Shown piece by piece: positions 9,601 through 15,600 of a stretch of DNA of 64,000 bases; the stretch's first letter is position 1, and the number at the start of each line of letters is the position of its first letter. Both the position numbers and the translations under genes were made by a program. The stretch is from NCBI GenBank assembly GCA_002432195.1, contig DJGG01000132.1, forward strand, positions 34,407-98,406, written 5' to 3'. The notes below the pieces were generated by a model. The model was not told the DNA's origin and searched no databases. It saw nothing but the letters and a program-made list of their open reading frames with translations. Source of the DNA: Desulfobacteraceae bacterium UBA5852 (lineage in GTDB: Bacteria; Desulfobacterota; Desulfobacteria; Desulfobacterales; UBA5852).

Positions 9601-12600
9601 TCCTTGTAGGCGCCCTCCACCCACTCCCAGAACTGTTCCTGCATGGCGATGGACTGCACCCCCACCCGCCCGGAAATCTGCACGATGCCGCCGTCGGGGT
9701 TCAGCCGGATCCCCTTCATCCCGGGAACCTGCCACTCGCCGCTGGGCAGCTGGATCCCGTGTTGCCGCACCCACTCGGCGGCCGCCAGGTCGCCGTAGCG
9801 GTTGAGCATATCCGGCAGCTCCTTTTGGGAGACAGGGCTGTCGGCGTTCGCGCTGGTGTTGGCCGAAAGGCTTTTCAGCTTGCGGGAGAGCACCGCCGCC
9901 GGCCGGATCTCGGTGGGAAGGTCCAGGAACAGGAGCCGGTATGAGGGAAGCGCGGTCTGCCCCTTCCGGTTAATGCGGCCCATCTTCTGCACTTCGGTGT
10001 CCACGTTGAGCTCAGCCTGCACCCCGATGTAGACTCGGGGCCGCTGGTCGGTGAACTTCGGGGAAGCGTGCATGCTGATCCCGGTGGAGCCCGCCGAATT
10101 GATGATCACCACGTCGAGCGCGCCGGAATTGAACCGGTGGATGATGCCCTTCCGGTCGCTGCGCTCCTTCCCGGTTCGCAGCCGCAGGGTGGGCACCGGG
10201 TTTTCGATGTCGGCCACGTAGCCCCGGCCAGTGATTTCCTCCGACGAGTAGCCGGCCTCCTTCAGCTTTCGCCGGATGTGGTCGATGGGGCTGCCCGGAA
10301 CGTCGAGTCTTGAGTTCCGAATCATTTCCAGGGCCGTGTCGAAGGCCTCTTCGAGCTTCTCCCCCAACTCCGCGGGGTCCAGGTCAACCTGAATCTCCTC
10401 CCCCTGGGGCGTGGTGATGCTTACCCGCAGGGTGCGCCGCAGGGCGCGCTCCAGGATGTTGCCGAAGTTCAGGTCGAAGCGGTCCCCCACCCTCATCATC
10501 CCCTGGTTCACCAGATCGGTGACGAAGGACTCCATGGTGTTGGCCACGGCGATGATGGGCTTGCGGCCGGCCTTCAACTCCTCGATGGCCGCCTCCACCG
10601 CGGCGTCGGCCTTCATGGCGAGCAGCAGCTGCCGGATCTTGTTATGAACGGTGCTGGCGAAGTTGGCCGTGTTGACCGATGCCCGCACCGGCCGCTTGGA
10701 GCCCGGCCGAATCCCGATGGGGTCAAACTCCACCCCGCCGATAACGACCTTTTTGGCCTTCCGGAGGTCCTTGGGCTTGGCGTTCTTGATGGTCCGGATC
10801 GCGTCTGCAAGGGAGTCGGCCACCAGGCGGTCCACTTCAAGGATCTCGCGCAGGATGGCGGTCGCCTCGTCGGCCCGGCGGGCGTCCCGCTCCCGGTTCG
10901 CGGTGTCGAAGTGGCTCCGAATCTCGATGCCCTTGAAGCTCTTCTCCCGCCGGATGTACTGCCCCATCTTGGCCAAGGCCGCGCTCACCCACTCCTGTAG
11001 CGGGGTCCCGCCGGCGCTGATGGCGTCGATCAGCTGCTCCATCTGCATGTTGCTCGTGCCGATGGCGGTGCGGAAGTAGACCGGCATGGTGTCGGGGCGC
11101 TTGGCGAAGGTGGCCGAGAGGTAGGCCACCCCGCGCACTTCGGCCAGGGCGCCGCGGACGAACTCCCCCGTGGCCGATTCCCCCGAAGCGTTGTGGGACT
11201 CGTCCAGGATCATGATGTTGTCCCGGGCGAGCAGGATCAGCACGGTCTGGGCGTCGTTGGGCTGCCGCACCTGGGAGTAAGTGGAGAGGATCCCGTCATG
11301 GGGGCTCATGGCCCGGGCGACGGCCGCGTCGTCGCCGGCCTTGAGCAGCCCGGCGCGCTCCCGGAGGCCCGGGGTGGGGATGACCACCTCGCCGTCCTCG
11401 TCCACGATGTTGGCCAGGTCGCGGTTGGAGGCCATGAGGAAGGGCTTGAAGACCTTCTGCCCGATGTCGCGGATGTCCCGGTAGAAGTCCGAAAAGAGGT
11501 TCGGCTTTTCCGTGAAGAAGATGGGCTTGAGCCCCTGCAGGCGGGCGTAGCGGTAGAGGCTCGCGGCCACCCGGCCCTTGCCTACCCCGGTCTGGTCCCC
11601 GATGATCATGCCGTAGCCGCGCTCGATGTTGTCGATGGCGAGTGCCACGGCGTCCACCTGGTCGGCCGACAGAGCGTCCCAAAGCGCCTTGGTGCTCTTG
11701 TAGTCGAGGCGGCTGGCGACGTACCGATCGATGTCCCCCACCCGTGCCTCCAGGGCTTCCAGGGCTGCCTGGGTGTCCTGGGCCATCTTGCGTGGCACCA
11801 GTGTTTCGTCCACCACCGGGCCCTTGCTGCGCGGAACGTAGGGGGCCTGGTAGGCGTCGGCCCCCCCGGGGACCTCGTCCTTGCGCTCCTGCTGCTGCTT
11901 CTCGGCCTCGAGGGCGGCGGCGATGTCGGCCTGGGCGAACTTCAGAAGGTAGGGCTCGGCGGCGGCCTTCAGTTTGGCGTAGGTCTGGGTGATGAAGAGG
12001 CTCGCCCGCTCGGCCACGGTGGCGGCGAGCTTGGCGGTGGCCTCCCACATTTGCCGCAGGATCTCGCGGACCTTCAACCAGCGGGGGTCGTCGTCGGCAA
12101 TGGCCTCTGCGGGCCGGCGGGAAAAATTGGGGTCGTCCAGAAGATCGTTGAGGTTGTTGGCCAGCCGGTCGAAATCGGCCTGGGCCTTTGCGGCGTCGGC
12201 GGCGGCCTTCTCCGCGGCCTCCTTCTCGCGCTGCCGGGCGCCCTCGCGGCGGATCTGATCGAGGATGCCGCCTAAAGCATCCGGCCCTCGCTCTCCAGCA
12301 GGAACTCCTCCAGGCTCACGGCCTCCATTTCCTTTTTCATCTGCTCGGGTGTCGGCGCTTCGAGGTCCGGCTCCCTCGCCTGCAGGTTGTCCAGGACGTT
12401 CTCCAGCGTCGTCTCCCCGCGGAGGTAGTGTGTCAGGGCCTGGCCCGGGTGCATCCACCGGGCGCTGGTCTGAAGCTCTGCCAGCAGCTCCTCGGGCGTC
12501 TCCCCTTCCACCGGCCTGTCCAGGAACTGCTCCACCACCGCGCGGGCCCTGGGCACCCCCAGGTCCTCGATCATCCGGCGCACCCTGGTTCGGAGGGCCA

Positions 12601-15600
12601 TCGGGTAGGTTGCCCCGGTCGGCGGTTTCTCCCCCACCCACACCGCCAGCAGGCGCCTCGCCGCGGGATAGGGCTTCAACTCCTCGGGAAGCCACGGTTG
12701 CATCGGCCAGCCCTCCAAAGAGGTTCAACAGTTCATCGGGGGTCGAAGCCGACAGGAAACCGCTGTCCGGTGCTGCGCCCCCGGGTTCGGCCTTGCGGCC
12801 GTCAATCACGATGATGCGGAAATCGTACTTGGTCCCCTGGCGGCTGTAAAGCTGGCCGTCCACCTCCACGTTGTGGGTGACGTTGTAGAAGTGGTGGAGC
12901 CAGTTGAAGAACGGGGCGTGCCTGATCTGCCCGTTGCTGCCCAGGTTGTGGCCGCCAATGATGAAGGCCGCGCGTCCATCGTCCTTCATGGCTCGCAGGG
13001 CGTCGGCCATAATCCGGTGGTCGATCTGGGAGACATTGTATCCATCGACCTTTACGGTGGGAATGGCGCCGAAAGGCGGGTTGGCCACCACGGCGTCGGC
13101 GTCCCGCTCGTTGGGGTCGTGGCGGCCGGCGTTTAAGGTGGCGCCGTCCTCCTGGGAGGCAGTGAAACCCATGGCCCGCAGGATCTCGGAGCGCAGGAGG
13201 TTGATCTCGTTCGCGTGGGCCTTGTGCTGGGAGGCCGCCGTGAGCAGCATCCCGGTGCCCGCGGCGGGCTCGTACACCGTCGCGTCTCGGGTGACGCCCG
13301 CCAGCTCCTGGAGCAGGTAGCCGAGGTGGACGGGCGTGGAATAGGCCTGGTTGATGGTGCTGGTGGAGGTCCGGGTGGCGAGGTTCGGCTGCCACTCGTA
13401 GAGCCGCTGGAGCTCCGCGAAGGTTTCGGCCACGGTGAACCCCTCGGCCCGGGCGGCGTCGATCACGCGCCGGGCCTCAGCGGCAATGGCCCCCTCGAAG
13501 ACCTCCTCCACGAATTTCTGGTTGTACCGGGAATCGGCCAGCAGGGGGCCCCGCTCGACTCCCAGGGCGCGCGCCACCACCTGCTGCAGGCCCACTTTGT
13601 TGAGCCGCTCGCCCCGGCTGCGCACCACGTCGCCGAAGAGCTTCAGCAGCGCCCGAATCCGCTGTTTCGGACTCAGGCCGAAGAAGGCGGCGGGATCCCC
13701 CAGTCCGCCCTTGATCTCCACCGGCGCGGGGGCTGGCAGGTGCCGCGGCTTCTTGGGCTCGGCGGCCGCCCGGTCGATCACGTCTTGCTCCCAGGAAGCG
13801 CCGGTTTTCAACTGGTACTGCCCCGTCACTGAGTCGATGTGGACGAGCTTGGTCTCCTTGAAGCGCGCCAGCACCCGCTCGGCTTCCTCCCGGGTCTTTC
13901 CGAACTGTTCCATCACGCTTTCGATGAAACGTTCCTCCCCGGCGAGCATGCGTTGGGCCACCGCTTTGGTTCCAGGGATCTTCTCCGGAGTGGCCTCGGG
14001 TTTCCGCTCCCCGCCGGCAAACAGGTCCGGCTGCCGGGGGTTCTGGAACCCCAGGCCGGGCTGGGCCTCGTCGCGGCTGCTGGGCGTCGAAAAGTAATCG
14101 TCGGGGCCCAGCTTCCCACCTCTGTGGCCGGACTTGATGGGCCTCGAATCGTGTAGGGGCTTCGGCCGCTGCTGGCCGTGAGTTTCCTGCTTCAGGTCGA
14201 GAGTGGGCTTGCCGGGCTCGGGGGCGGCCGCCGGCTCTGGCGCTTCGGGCGCTTCCGGCGCGGGGGCTTCCGCGTTGGTTTCTGCCGGGGCCTCCCCGGG
14301 CCCATTTTCCATCTTGGGTTTGGTTTCCCCCTCAAGGTCGGATTTCAGCACGTCCACCCGGTCGAAGGGGGCGAGCTCAACAGTGGTCCCGTCCTGAAGG
14401 GTGACGCCGAAGGGGTCCTTGTCGATGATCTTGTAGATGTCCCAACCATCCGGCCCGTGGCCGGCGATGATGGTCAGGGGGCGGCCCTCGGGGAGGTCTT
14501 CGGCATTGACCTGGACGTACTCGCCCGGGGGAGGATCCTCGGGCTCGTATTCCATTTGCGATAGGAGTTGCTTCTCCTTGTGGGTTAGGTCGTCGCCACT
14601 ACGCGCAGTAATGTCGGTGTTCCGGCGCTTCAGGACCTCCTTGGCCCGTTCGTGATCGCCAATCAGAAGGTCAAGCAGATTTTCACCTTCGAGGAGATAA
14701 CCTTCTGATTTTAAGGCTGTTTCAATCTTATCGTATGGGGTGCCGTTTTTCCGAAGCAGCATCTTGACTGCCACGGCCGCCTCCTTGAACTCGGCGGCCA
14801 TGTTCACGGGGTTGATTCCGCCCATCTTCTTGATCCAGCCACGGACGGTGATGGGGGCCTGCTTCGCTCGCTGACGCTTCGGCTTGGGGATCTTCTCAGG
14901 TGTCGAATCAGTGCTGGGCGTCGGGGCGCCCGATTGCGCTTCAGGCTCGGCACCGGTGCGGGCCTCGGCTTCCTCCTTGGCTCGTTGCTCGGCGCCCTTC
15001 TTCCGGATCTCGTCCAGGATCGATTCCAGTCCGTCCGGGGCCTGGGGAACAGCCAGCGCTTCCGGCGCCGGCGCGGGAACCCCCTTCTTGGCCCGCAGCT
15101 CGGCCAAGCGCTTGTGAGCGTCCCCCAGCTTGGAAACGGCGAAGGTGTCGCCCGTAACAGGGTCGGTGAACAGGTACTGCGCGGCCGGGTCCACCCCGTT
15201 GAACTCGATCCCCAAGCCGGCGGCCACCTTCCGGGCCGTCTCCCCGTTGCTGTTGGCCTTGGCCAGGGCGTCGGCCTTCTTGGCGGCCTCAAGCGCCGCG
15301 GCCTCCTTGTCCGTGAAGGCCATCCCGCCGACCGTCGCCGCCGACTTGACGGCCTTTACCGGAACCGAGGGATCGAGCGGGGTCCTCTTGCGGGTGCCGT
15401 CCCCCAGCCAGGCCTTCAGCTGCGCTGGCTCCATTTCGGTCATGCCGCCGAAGCCGTTCCACCCCTCCTCATAGTTGCGCTGGTAGATCTCCCGGGCCTG
15501 TTGGGCGTTGGCGGCCCCCAGGATGACCTTGTGCTCGTCAAACTCCCCGGTGTTGGGATCCATCTGGTCGATGACGAAGGCCTTCGGAGTGTTGACCGCC

